DNA of 64,000 bases, from positions 39,471,618 to 39,535,617 of the forward strand of contig NC_068991.1 in the NCBI RefSeq assembly GCF_001194135.2, given 5' to 3'. This DNA comes from Octopus bimaculoides (Eukaryota). The first letter of the stretch is position 1, and each line of letters starts with the position of its first letter. The translations under genes and the position numbers were made by a program. The notes under the pieces were generated by a model. It had not been told where the DNA came from. It worked only from the letters and a program-made list of their open reading frames with translations, and ran no database searches. Shown piece after piece: positions 25,283-38,058 of this stretch.

Positions 25283-25865
25283 CTGCAGAATGAAATAATA
25301 AAACAAAATTGACAAAAATAAAATGTTAATAAAATGTAATTTCCATTGTACCATTGTATTTTAACCTAGAAATCTTGTCCTTGAAAATTTAAAGTTTATT
25401 ATCAATATTATAAACTCATTAATTTTTCTCAGAATATCTCATATTTTAACATTGATTAACTCAAAGCTTCTGGTGAGATAATGTTTTCAGTTAATTCTCC
25501 GAGTTGAAATTAGTTATTAAAGTGACATTAAGATGAGTTACTAAGTGTAAGAAACCACAAAAGAGTACAGCAATTGATAGAGGCTGAAGAAACCCAGGAA
25601 AAGGGAGCAAAAATGAAGCAAATGAAGTTTGTTGAATTTGAGCCAATTTATGTTAACGAATAAATCTTTATTTAATTCCACAATGCTAAGTTTGGCTATT
25701 TAAGGTCAATGCAAGAAGGGAATATAAAAGCAAATTACTAACATATTTATTAGGAACCTAATCAGTTTAGATGGCAAAACTAACAATAAAAAGAAACAGA
25801 TAAACTATAATGTAATATAATTAGTTCAAGTTGTGTGTTATGATAGTCATTGATTGTAGTATTTA

Positions 25866-27018
25866 CAGTGTTAGAGACATATTGCTGAAATATATTAAGT
25901 TTTAACTCAGAATTAACTAGGCCTGAAGACAAAGTTTTAGACCTACTTTCTGAGAAGAGCTCTCACACAACACACACTTCAGTTTATCTATAAGACATGT
26001 AATGTTATAATATATCAAGTTAGCAAAATTCCAGTATAAAGTTTGCATATTTTTATCTAAAATCCTCAGCCTCTGGTGGTGGGGGTGTCATCTGTGTCCA
26101 AGGAAAAGAAACATTGTCAGTGATCAGACATCAGGATGGCTGGGTTTGTCCATCTTCAATGACAACCTCACCAAATCAAAGAGAGCCTTGCTGAACAATT
26201 GGAGGTGGTGGAGCCCACTATTATACATGTAGTGCATGAAGACATCTTGTAAAGTTTTATGAGATTAGGAGAGCAGGTTCATGTCTGGTAAAACACAGAA
26301 CTGTGTACTCTGTTCAAAATGTTTGATTGATAGCTCAAGCACTCAAAGGAACCCATCATGCCTAGATTCTTTTCTGATGGGAAGTTTGACCAAGAAGCTC
26401 GACAGGAGAAATAAATTGTTATGTGTTGAGCCCATAGAGGTACATTTCTGAAGTTTCTAGAGATCATGAGCAATAAGGTGATGACATTGTCCCAAATAGC
26501 CACTTTTCTGTTGGCTATTTGGATCAATGTCATCACCAGCATTGAGGTGCTGGACACAGTGTTCAAGCCCTGGATTAAGGAGGTGGCCCAAGAAAAACTA
26601 TATATATTCCAGTAAAACTTTGCTTCCTCCCATATGGTCCTCACAACTCATGAGTGGTTTGTCAACAATTTCTATGACCACGTGAACCCTAACATGTGTT
26701 CTCCTTAGCTCTAAAGACTTGAAGCCCCTGGACAACTTCATCTAAAACATCATTGAGAGGGACAACAAACATCAGTTCTATGATGGCCATAGAGGATGTG
26801 ATGAGCAACATGAATGAAAACCACCTCCACATAGCTATTTCATGATAGCACTGAGGATGTTATTGAGGCAATGAGACCAGTTTCTGTCGTAATCTGTTTC
26901 TATAAAATATCTAGTGGAATGTGCATACTATTTTTCTAAAAACATCTTGCTTTTTTTTAGTACAGTATATGTTTGTTTCAATAAATTTATTTCAGTTTCA
27001 GTTATGTACTGCACACTG
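25866..27018 (+). mobile_element. Decayed maT-like (Tc1/mariner superfamily) DNA transposon
   Basis: TA|cagtgt...acactg|TA termini. Peptides EVLDTVFKPWIKEVAQEKLYIFQ, HEWFVNNFYDHVNPNM and DLKPLDN indicate a PLDY-type third aspartate. Confidence 0.7.
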
Positions 27019-27743
27019 TAAAAGGCCCATTTATCAGTTCACATGATTTGTCTTTCACAATAACATACTTAGTCTGAATAGCAACAGTTCAGTTTTCATT
27101 GAACAAAAGAGATTTATAACAGGGTAGCTTTTCTTGGGCCACCTCCTTAATCCAGGGCTTGAACACTGTGTCCAGCACCTCAATGCTGGTGATGGCATTA
27201 ACCCAAATACCCAGCAGAAAGAAGTGGGGTGGAATTATACAGCCCCAGTTTACAAGGAGAAAGGAAGGATAAGGAATGTAATAAATCATAGAAGAGGTAT
27301 GTAAGACAGAAGCTCTGGGGAGATAGAAGACATTAAAATGAGAAAAGTAAAGGGAGAGTGGTACTGTGGAGATATGACAGATTACATTGTGAAAGCTTAG
27401 TGTACAGTAACACCATGGAAATAGAACAGATTACAATGGGGAAGGTAGAGGAGCTGTAGCCCCAAGGAGTTATAAGAGTACAGTGACAAAATTAGGAGAA
27501 TAGTATCACTGTGGAGATGTAACTGATTCTTTGTTATATCTTCTCAGTTATATTATCCTACCTTCATTATTACAATCTGCTATAACTCCACACTGACAAC
27601 GTTAATTTGTTAATGACCACAATGGTAATGTCCTTCAGAAACCTTTGTCAGTGTAATCTCTTATGTCTTCTTATATTTCTCATAGTAAACACCACAGTGT
27701 TATGTTGCTGTCTGATTATATAGACAAATACAGGAGTGCATTA

Positions 27744-27778
<35 letters not shown>

Positions 27779-29012
27779 ACGTGCGTGTAGAATATCACAG
27801 ATTATGATGAAAAAGGTACAATAGTGGCACAGTAATGGGAAAGGTAGGACTGTTATGCTATAAACATCTCACAAACATTCAGCAATAAAGTGTTGGGCAA
27901 TGACCATTTATATATCAGATAAAATGTAAAATGCTTGTTCAATATAGCATGTATAAAAAGTCACTTTAAGAGAGAAACTTTTAAGGGTCTCTTCCACTTA
28001 TGTTGTAATCTAGCTTGTCTTCTCAACAAACAAAATACTAACTTCTCACCAGATCTCTCTCTCTTTCTCACACACTCACACATACATTAGAAGATGAGTT
28101 TTTAGATGATAATAGTTTCACAATTCATATTAATAGTTTTCTATTTCCCTATAACACTAATATCTTTACCTCCCTGTAAATATGAAAGTTTAATACTCTT
28201 AGTACACCAAGTATTTTTCTAAGGGCTAAGGGCTCTTTCACTGCCAAAGTCCTGATTCCATTCCTTGTAACAGTAGTAGTGTTTCATCTTGTATCATGGA
28301 ATCTCAAAACAGGACATTGCCAACAGTGCATGGATCTGATGTTCCACAAAAGGAGAAGGACTGTCAAACAGATTAGGAGAGTAGTAGCAATGGGAAGATG
28401 TAAGAATTTATGATGAAAAAGGGAACACAGAAGGAGCTATAAAAGACTAAACAAAAAAATTAGGAAGACACAGGCATGGCTGTGGTAGGGAGCTTGCTTG
28501 CCAACCACATGGTTCCAGGTTTGTGTGTGTGTGTCTTTGTTCCCCCCCACTGCTTGACAAACAGTGTTGGTGTGTTTATGTCCCTGTAAATTAGTGGTTC
28601 AGCAAAAGACACTGAGAGAATATGTACCAGGCTTAAAAAAAAATGTACAGGGATCAATTCATTTGACTAATAGTTCTTGAAGGCAGTGTCCCAGCATGGC
28701 TGCAGTCTATTGACTGAAACAAGCAAAAGACAAAAGATAAAAGATCAGACAGTAGTACGTGAAACTATAAAATATTACAGGAGAGAGAGAGATTAGCAAT
28801 GTGGAGATAAGTCATGTTATGGATGCTCACCTTCTAATGGAGTTGTAGGGGCACCATTGTGACATACTGTACACCAATTTTTTTCCATTTGCTACAGTTG
28901 TATGTGAGGAGTATGGGTTCCTGCTAATGGTTTGCCTGTCCTTTCCTTGGTATTGCCTATGTCTTTTCCTCTATCTGCCTCTCCTTTTCTCTTCCCTACC
29001 ATGGTTCCTTAA

Positions 29013-29231
29013 TTGTTTAGCATTTAAACTGGCCATATCTGGCCAAAAATTCAACTCATTTTATGTACAAACTAACCATATCCAGCTTCTCACACATATT
29101 ATACAATACCATTCTAAAAATCAACAATTACATCATCAAAATCTCAAAGTTACAAGATAATGCATGATTAACTAAAAATAATGTGAGTAAATAAGGAATA
29201 CATTTAACAGTGTAATCTGATTGCTAAAGAG
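29013..29231 (+). mobile_element. piggyBac-like (TTAA) MITE
   Basis: ttaa|...tttagcatttaaactggccatatctggcc...gctaaagag|ttaa. Confidence 0.75.
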
Positions 29232-29299
29232 TTAAAGAATGGTTTTTGCAAGACCACTGAATCTTGTAAAATGCTATACCATCTCAATTTTCTTTTCTT

Positions 29300-30800
29300 C
29301 ACTGATTTTAGAAGGTCCTTATGAGAGGCTCTGTGATGCTAGATGATGTCTTGAATCCAATAATTTGTGGTTGAAGTATATGATGACTAAGATGTTGCAG
29401 TAGCATCTCATTTCCATTGTCTGTATCTTCCTCTGAATCTCTGCTGTGAGAGTCCATGTCTCCCATGCATACAGGAAAATGGTAAGTATCAATGCATGCA
29501 GGGAAAGTGTAATTTTACTATTCAGTGATGTTCTTACCTTTCCATATTGGTTTGAGTTTGGTGAATGTAGTCATTGTCTATGCAGTTCTTGCAAGGATTT
29601 CAGGCCTTGATCTTTTACTTCCAGGTAGTTGAACTGCTACACTAACTAGTTTCTGTCCTAGTACAAGACATCTGTTGAGATGGCACCATGCCATAGATTT
29701 GGTTTTTCTTTTCTATCACTGACTTCTATTCTAAATTTGGTGGAAGCTGTATCAAAGTTCTAGACTAATTCATTCTGTTCATCTTCCAACTGATCCAACA
29801 ACATCATCAGCAAATTTTAAATTTGTGATGTCTCCCCACTCTGATACTGACTACACCCACATAGTTTCCCAAAGTATTGATCATAATCAATTCCAGAAAG
29901 ATGGTAAAAACAGTGGGCAAAAGGAAGCAGCTCTGATAGACTCCTGCAATGGCACGGAACCATTCTCCAACACTGTCTTGTATGTGTACTGCATTGGTTG
30001 CTTTATTGTTGTTCAATTTTACAAGTCAAATTCTGCCCCATGATGAACTTTTTCATTGTGGTGCATAGAGCACCATGTTGATCTTCATGATGAAAGACTT
30101 CTGTAAAGAGCTTCATGATGTCATCACTAAGACAGACAGGATATACTTATCAATCATACAGGATGACTGGAATGTGAAGGTAGGGAAGAATACCCAAGGT
30201 GACTGGGGGGAATTTCATTGGCCCCCTCATGTAATGACGTTTCAAATGAGAGGGAATTGCACCTACTGGAATTTGCTAGTTATAACAACATGATGCAGTC
30301 AAATACTGTTGGTAAGTACAAAGCATCCTATATATGGCATGCCCTCAACAGACCACACCAAAATAGACTAATTGTTTTAGTACAAAAATGGTTAAAAACC
30401 GATGTAAACAAATGAAAGACAAGAACATCTTCATGAACACAAGTAGGTGGTGACCGTGATTGAGTCATAATGAACTTCAAGGTGCTCTTGAAGAGAATCA
30501 AAAAGCCAAAAAATAGCTGGCTGAGATTCAGCTTTATAAAACTTAAAGACCCCTTGCTTTTTCTGAATGATTTAGTGGAAAATTTGCATCATTACTCCTC
30601 CACAAAGACCAACACTACATCGGCAATAAGTGAAGTTCTGAAGAAAAGCCATCACAAATCCAAACCACAAAATATTAGACATATATGACAAAAGGAACTA
30701 GAAGAGGATAAGAACACAGCAGAGGGGAAAACAAATATAAGACAATCAATCAATAAGGAAAATTATAAGGGAATAAAAGAAGCAAAACAAGGATAGTAAC
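29300..30800. mobile_element. Decayed RTE-type LINE with inverted halves (RT on minus, APE endonuclease on plus)
   Basis: Minus strand: GEWFRAIAGVYQSCFLLPTVFTIFLELIM...VSIRVGRH (RT). Plus strand: IIQDDWNVKVGK, NERELHLLEFASYNNMMQSNT (APE motifs GDxNAKVG, NxxGxxLLEF). Confidence 0.75.
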
Positions 30801-31790
30801 TGAACAACAACACCATCAACATCCTCCTCCTCCTCCTTTTTTAATGTTCATTTTTCATGCTGGCATGGATTGGACAGTCTGACTAGGGCTGACAAGCTAG
30901 GGAGCTGCACCAGGTTCCAGTCTGATTTGGCTTGGTTTCTACACCTGGATGCCCTTCCTAATGCCAACCACTTTACAGTGTGTGCTGGATGCTTTTTACA
31001 TGTCACAGGCACAAGACTCTTGCAGGCCAATCCTCTTCATCAGGGTGAGCAGCCTTAACACTTCTGCTGTGGAGGACAGTTCTTTTTGAGTACAATGAGG
31101 TGCCAGATATCCCGATCCTTTGTCATCTTCTCTTAAAGGTTCAGTATCCTGAGGTCATCTTACAGTACTTTGTCACAATGTGAAGATATTGATGGTAGTG
31201 TTTCTAGTAACAACATGTAACTGGTTACAATGAGAAAGATAGGAAGTTAATAGTAATGGGAAGATATCAACAGATTACAGCTAGAAAAGTGTTAGTGTGG
31301 ATGTGTTCTAGATTACAGCAAGAAAAAGAGAAGGACAGTAGCATTGAGGAGATTGATATCTTATAATAAAGAAAGGTAGAACAGCTGTTACAATGTAAAT
31401 AATTCACAAAAGATGTAACAATAAATATTTTGACAAAAAGTATTTATGCAAAATATAAAGTGTAATATACAACTGAAGCTTTAGTATAGCATGTACTAAA
31501 AGTAAAGGATTTGGTCAGCACAAGCCAAACTTCTAATTCCTCGTACTGATAACAGTGCTGTTTCCAGGCTGCAAAACATAATTTCCTAATTCTTATGTTG
31601 AATTTTTATTATTTCTGTTAGTATACATCTGTTGATCTATAAAGTAGGACATAGTCAATGATGCATGGACTTGATATTCCATCAGAGAAGGACCTAATTT
31701 GTCAGCATGAGGAACTGTACAACCAATGAGTAATAATAGGGGTTAAAGAAATGACTAAAATTTTACCCTGTGGAGTAAAAATGCTTTTAA

Positions 31791-32010
31791 CCCTTTAGTG
31801 TTTGGATTACTCTGTCAAATGTAATGCTTATTTATTCATACTGCTTTCAATTAATCATATCTTATCTCATAGCTTTGAGATTTCAATGATGTGATTACTT
31901 ACTTTTAGATTAACATTGTAGGGTAGGTGTGAGAGGCAGGATCTGATTGGTTTGAACACAAAACAGGTAGAATATTTGGGCTGGATATGGCCAGTTTAAA
32001 TGCTAAAGGG
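31791..32010 (-). mobile_element. piggyBac-like (TTAA) MITE, intact termini
   Basis: TTAA|CCCTTTAG...CTAAAGGG|TTAA, 220 bp. Confidence 0.88.
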
Positions 32011-34049
32011 TTAATCTTATTTTAAATGTTTAAACTATTCATTCTAGAATCCCATTTGATGGTAGGAGATTCAGGGCTGTTTTGAAAGGTATGTAGTCAG
32101 TTTTCTGTTGCCAAGAACAAAAACTGTCATCATGAAATTGAAGAATGTCTAACGGGAAGACAGTAACATTGAATTGATATGGCAGATTACATTCATAACG
32201 ATAGGACAGAAATACTGTGGTGATATAAGAGATTTACAGTGAAAAAAGTAGGAGGACAGTAGCACAATGAAGATATTAGAGATTTACAATGAGAAAGATA
32301 GGGAAACAGTAGCAGTGTGAAGATAGAACAGATTACAGAGTAATTTGTATCAAAGAAGACAGAGAGAGACATGTAAATGAGCTGATAAAATATCCGATAT
32401 TTTGTCTGGTGACTCATGTGTCTGAATGTTGAAATCAATCTATATAGGTGAAGATTAATGGAAAGGTCATTCCAATAATAAAGAAAAGCAGGTCAAGAAT
32501 GATGCTCTCAACAGTGTCAGAATTGATAAAGATCTTAATATAAAAGAGTGTTACAATTTGGCAACTACAATAATATAGCTAAGACATTTATATATCAATG
32601 ATAGAATCTTCACTAATATTCTAATCAATATTGAGTCGATAGCATTTACATGGCAATATCAGGGACTTTTGTTAATGCATATATTGACTACAGGATAGAG
32701 TCTGTCATTCTGGGGAGTTAACTTACTCATGTTTAACCTACTAATGATGCTTAATTAGTCTGAACATAGTTTGTAGTGAGACAAATATCAATATTTAAAT
32801 AAAGATTTCAGGAAGAGATAGAGAGTGAAGATAATAAACAAAAAACTATGGATGCTTGTCATATTTCTGAAATAAAGATAATTGTAGGTTGTTTTTCTTT
32901 ATTTTATTGGTCAGTAAGGAGAGAAAACAGTGCCAATGACCTTTCTTTAGAACCTCTGAGATTGGTGGGAGGGAGGGGGAAAGAGAGAGGGGAGAAAGGT
33001 ATTTTCAAACTGGACAACTGACCTGAATGCTGGCAACAGACTAGGCTCTACTAAAAGCACCCAAGGTGCTAGGTGGTGGTTGTGCTATATCAGGTGATGG
33101 ATTAGTCCTACCACCCATGTAGGTAGAAGTGGAATTAGAACTCAGAAATGCAATGAGTCAGAACACATACCACAATGCTTCTGGCCAGACTGTGTTACAA
33201 GGCAAAAGGAAAAGTAAGATTAAGTGGGATTTAAAGTTAAACTGCAGGGAGCTGGAATAAATACTGAGGCATTCTGATGCTCTAACAACTCTGCCAATTT
33301 GTGGGTCTTATGGTAAATAAAATTCATTAACAAGATAAGATAATTAGCCAGATATTTTACAGTTAAACCACAACTGCAAAATTTTAGATTTACTAAAATA
33401 TATCATATTTAGAATAAAATGCAGAAAAGCACAAACTTCAAATATATAGGTCATATTTTAATTATGCTCAACCACTATTTCATTGGCATAAAACCTCATT
33501 ATTTATTTAATTATGTAATTAAGATACATAATTATTTGATAAATTTAAAAGTAATGTTTACCCAAATTGCTGGTGGTAAGGGGAAATGCACTGGAACATG
33601 CAACATGTCTCAGAATAGATTACTGTTTTTGACTTATTAAGGTAAAGGCGTACAGATTTAATTCATCTTTAGATTCTAATGAACCAGAAATTCTGTCACC
33701 CAGAATCATCATTATTGTCGTCATCGTCATCATCATTTAATGTTTGTTTTCCATGCTGGCATGGGTTGGACAGTTTGACAGGAGCCAGAGGACTGCTTTG
33801 ACATGGTTTCCATGCTCTTCCTAATGCCAACCATTTTATAGAGTGTACTGAGTGCTTTTTTATATTGTATTGACACAAATAAGGTTACCAAATAACTCAC
33901 AAGACAAGACCCCTCAACTGAGGGTGGGGGGGGCGTAGTATTGAGGGAGGTTTTATGTCAGGATAGAATTAGTTGTCTTGAATGTCTCTTTGAAAAGAGG
34001 ATGACAAGACAAAAATTATGAAGTCAGAAGCTATTTGAAAACGATACCG

Positions 34050-34485
34050 TCATCATCATCATCATCATCGTTGTTGTTTAGCATGTGTTTTCCCTGCAGC
34101 TGGCCAGTTGGAAAGTTGTCCAGACTCTAATCATCTGTTTTAGTTTGGTTACAATGGCTGGATGCCCTTCCTAAAGCCAACCACTTTACTGAGTGTGCTG
34201 GGTGGTTTATATGTGGCACCAGCATGAGTGCATTTCACATGGCACCAACATGAGTGCATCTTAGGTGGCACTGGTATAAATGCATTTTACGTGACACCGG
34301 CACAAGTGCATTTTATGTGGCACCAGCATGAGTGTATTTTACATGACACCATTACAAGCACATAGCATGTGGTACTGGCACGAGTGCATGTTATGTGACA
34401 CCAGCACAAGTGCATTGTACATGGCACTGGCACAAGTGTATACCATGTAACACTGGCATGAGTGCATGTGACGTGGCACCAAACC
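34050..34485 (-). mobile_element. RTE 3' UTR-family copy with an expanded ~26-bp tandem subrepeat
   Basis: (CAT)n reverse tail followed by about 8-9 degenerate units of gtggcaccagcatgagtgcattttac at 34210-34480. A similar array lies at ~47620-47750. Confidence 0.7.
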
Positions 34486-37400
34486 TTCACATAAATTATG
34501 TTGGGACTAAGCAATCATCAAAAAATAGTGTTAAGAGTGTAAAATAGCTGAAAGACAGACTTCAAGAAAAAATTATATATGTTAAATGGCAATACATTAA
34601 AAATAGCACAGATTTCCTCTAACAATATATCTTCAGATTCAACTTATTAAGCAGTCTGACAAAGCAAGTATACTTTATGATGGCTTATGATTTTCCTTTC
34701 AAGAGGGGTGGGGTGGGGGGAGAAAAAAAAGAAGGAATGAAGCCATTTTAAAGCTATATCCCAGACACCAATATTTCTGCAAGATTATGGTGGACAGCTT
34801 GAAAAGTAACTAAAAAATTAATCAATAAAACAATTACTGGATGTTTTTGTTAATAATAACCATTAAGTGGTTCATGAATTTTAATTAGAGCTGTAACGCT
34901 TCTTACAAAATTGTTTATCAACATGGAAATCATTAACTGTTATGTTAATTAACATGGGATAATTAACAGTTTTGTTTATTTATCAATGATAAAACTACAA
35001 ACTCAGTTAATTTACATTTTTTTCTATTGGTTATGTCTGTAGATATGACTAATGAAAAATAGAAATAAGACTGTCATTTAGAAACATATTGTAGTGAGAA
35101 GCTCACACACATACACACAAATGCGCACACATAAACGCACATACATGCATGTATGCACACATGCCAGAGTCAATTTTGATACTCAAGTTACACATGATAG
35201 AAAATAACCATTTCCTAGATGCTTTATCTAGGATTAAAGAGACATATATTGAAACTGGAATTCCTTGGACTGTCTATGCTCAATAAGAAGGAGAACAATA
35301 GGAAAATAAGGAGAGGAAAAAGAATGTGAGATCATAGTAGTAGTAGTAGTGATGGCAAGAAAAGTAGCAGTAGTATTAATATTAGTAGTGATGAAGACAG
35401 TGATCTGGCAGAATCGTTAGCATGCTGGGGGAAAAATGCTAAGCAGCATTTTGTTCGTCTCTATGTTCTGAGTTCAAATTCTGCCAAGGTTGACTTTGCC
35501 TTTTATCCTTTCAGGGTCGATAAAATAAGTACTAGTTGAGTTCTGTGTTTGATTTAACCAGCTTAGTCTCTTCCCCAAAACTACTGGCCTTGTCCCAAAA
35601 TTTGACACATAAAAAGCACCATTCGTGCATTGGGACTCATGGAGGAAATGTGGCCAATGCTAGTGTCATGTGACTGGCACCTGTGATGGTGGCATGTAAA
35701 AAGCATGGAGGCAATGTGGCTGATGTTGGTGGCATGTAAAAGCACCCATTACACTTTTGGAATGGTTGGTGTTAAGAAGGGCATCCTGCTGTAGAAGCCA
35801 AACCAAATCAGATTGAGTCTGATGCAGCCCCTCAGCTTACCACCCCTGGTCAAACCATCCAACCCATGCCAGCATGGACAACGGACGTTAAATGATGATG
35901 AATATTAAAAGTGATGGCAGTCTCAGTAATAGTAGCAGCACTAGTTAGAACTGGCATTAGAATAAATCTCAAGGGTTTAATATCATTATTTAAAGAACGA
36001 TTTGTAACAGAGTAAGAGCTGTTTATTTCAAACTGGTTTGGCTCAACACTTTCATTTACTTTACATTAATTTTTCCTACTAGCATGGGTTAGAGGAATAC
36101 ATTATTGAGATATAGTATTACAACTGGATGTCTGTCTTGTCACTGACTGTTATCTGATTTTCTAGTTAAGAGATTTTTTTTTTTATTTCACCGGTTTGAA
36201 GGCATGAAGTGAGCAGACAATTTATTTACAGGTGGAGTGACAACAACAACAACACTGTCCATAGCTAATAACTTTTGTAAAGTGCAGATATAAACACAAA
36301 CACACATGTATGCACATGTGCACACACATACAAATATGACAGGTTTCTTTCAGTTTCCATCTTCCAAATTCCCTCACAAGGCCTGAGGGTATTGTAGAAG
36401 GCTCTTGATCATGGTACTGCACAGTGTGAGTGATCCTTGTGTCAATACTAATTTTAAGAAATGAATCTTAGTTCAAATGTTAGAACCATAATTTTAGAGT
36501 GATCAGAATCAAAGTAAACATGCTGATTTCTATAAATATTCATTAGTTAAAGACAGCAGAGAAATTTTTGTGATGAATCTATATTTGTTGGTTACATGCT
36601 GGACTAAATGTTATGCAGCATTGAGTTTATCTTTCAAAGTTATGAGCTCAAATACTGCAAGGGTCGGGTCAACTGTATGATAAAATAAGTACCAGACATA
36701 AAATGATGAAGGTTGATTTTAGTTGATATTACTCGAGCTGGGAGAATTATTAAAGGCTTCGCAATATTTCTTCTGCTACTTTATGTTCCAAGTTCAAATT
36801 GCATCACGGTCAACTTTACCTTTCACTCTAAGGTGTTTGACTTCAGTATTATTTTTTATCGCATGTGTATCATGAGTTTATCATGTGTGCAGAACCCAAT
36901 TTCAACCAACTATTTATATGATAATTTCTAGACAGTTCTTTCAGTGATAGTGTTATAAACAGCTATTTTTGGCATGATTAGCCAGAGAGAATTTGGACTT
37001 CACTCATTATGGTGCCCTGGTTAGATTCTTTCTCAAAGCTGTTTTCACAGCTTCGTACAACTTTCATTTACAGCCTCCTCCTACATGTATCTGTCACTGA
37101 CACACTAACAATCCAAATACCATTGACCCCTTTTTTACTCTAAACCTAGGCTATTTTTATCTTTGCATTCAAGTTCTGTGAACTGGCAGAACTATTAAAG
37201 TATTTTTTTTCAACTCTTTACTTTCTGGATAAAAATCCTGCTGGGATCAACTCTGCTTTTCATCCCTCCAATGTTGATAAATTAAAGTACCAGTCAAGTA
37301 CTAGAGTTGATGGTATCAACTAATGCACCCTGCCTCCAAAATGCTTGCCTTGTGCATCTGTATCATCAGCATCAATGTGGGTGGATTTTCCTAATAGTTA

Positions 37401-37928
37401 TTTTCACAGTTCCATAACAACTCAGAGATGAGGAAGAATCATTGCCATACATTTTTGCCTCACTATGAAGATTTGTTTAACCATTAATTATCTGTAATGA
37501 TTTTCAACACCTGTGAATATGATGTGCATATAATTTGGTACCGTCTGTATTTCAGACCTTGTATAAAATGTAGCAATAAATGTTGTATATACACTGACAT
37601 CAAATCTTGTCATAACTCATGCTACAACCTCATTGGGAGTCTATAAACTAAAGTAACCAGTCATTTACTGGATCGATGTAATTAATCAATCCCCTCCCCT
37701 CACTATTGCAGGCTTTGAGTCTAAATCAGAAACCACTATTAGGGAAGAGAAACAGAGACACAGAGACCAGTGGCCAGGGAAGATATGATATCTGGTCTTA
37801 TATTCAAACCTGTACCACTGAGTTCAATTTCTACCAAAGTCAGCTTTGCTTTTCATCTTTCCATAAAAGTACAACTATACAAACTTTCAAAAAATGTGAC
37901 AAAAGAAATAATTGGTTTTATACTTTAC

Positions 37929-38058
37929 CGAGAAACATTGCATTTATGGTGAGATCTCTTTTGTTAGCATCTTGCTGCCAATATGAATTAAGTTCTTGTG
38001 TAGCAGCTCCCTTGACAATTGCTGAATCTGTTCGAAGTGTAGAAATTTCAAAGTTTTC
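37929..38058 (-). CDS. TRNT1: TRNT1-like exon (flexible loop + motif B)
   Basis: 130 nt between tttatag| and |gtaaag, phase 0 to 1. Translates ENFEISTLRTDSAIVKGAATQELNSYWQQDANKRDLTINAMFL, which aligns to human ENFEITTLRID...WQKDAERRDLTINSMFL. Confidence 0.93.

Noticed and set aside
34210-34480. Regularly spaced ~26-bp repeats superficially like a CRISPR array
   Set aside because: The units are degenerate and contiguous with no unique spacers, they sit inside a retroelement 3' UTR in eukaryotic DNA, and there are no cas genes.
34705-34720. G-run cluster (GGGGTGGGGTGGGGGG) as a G-quadruplex
   Set aside because: It is a short low-complexity tract with no contextual support.
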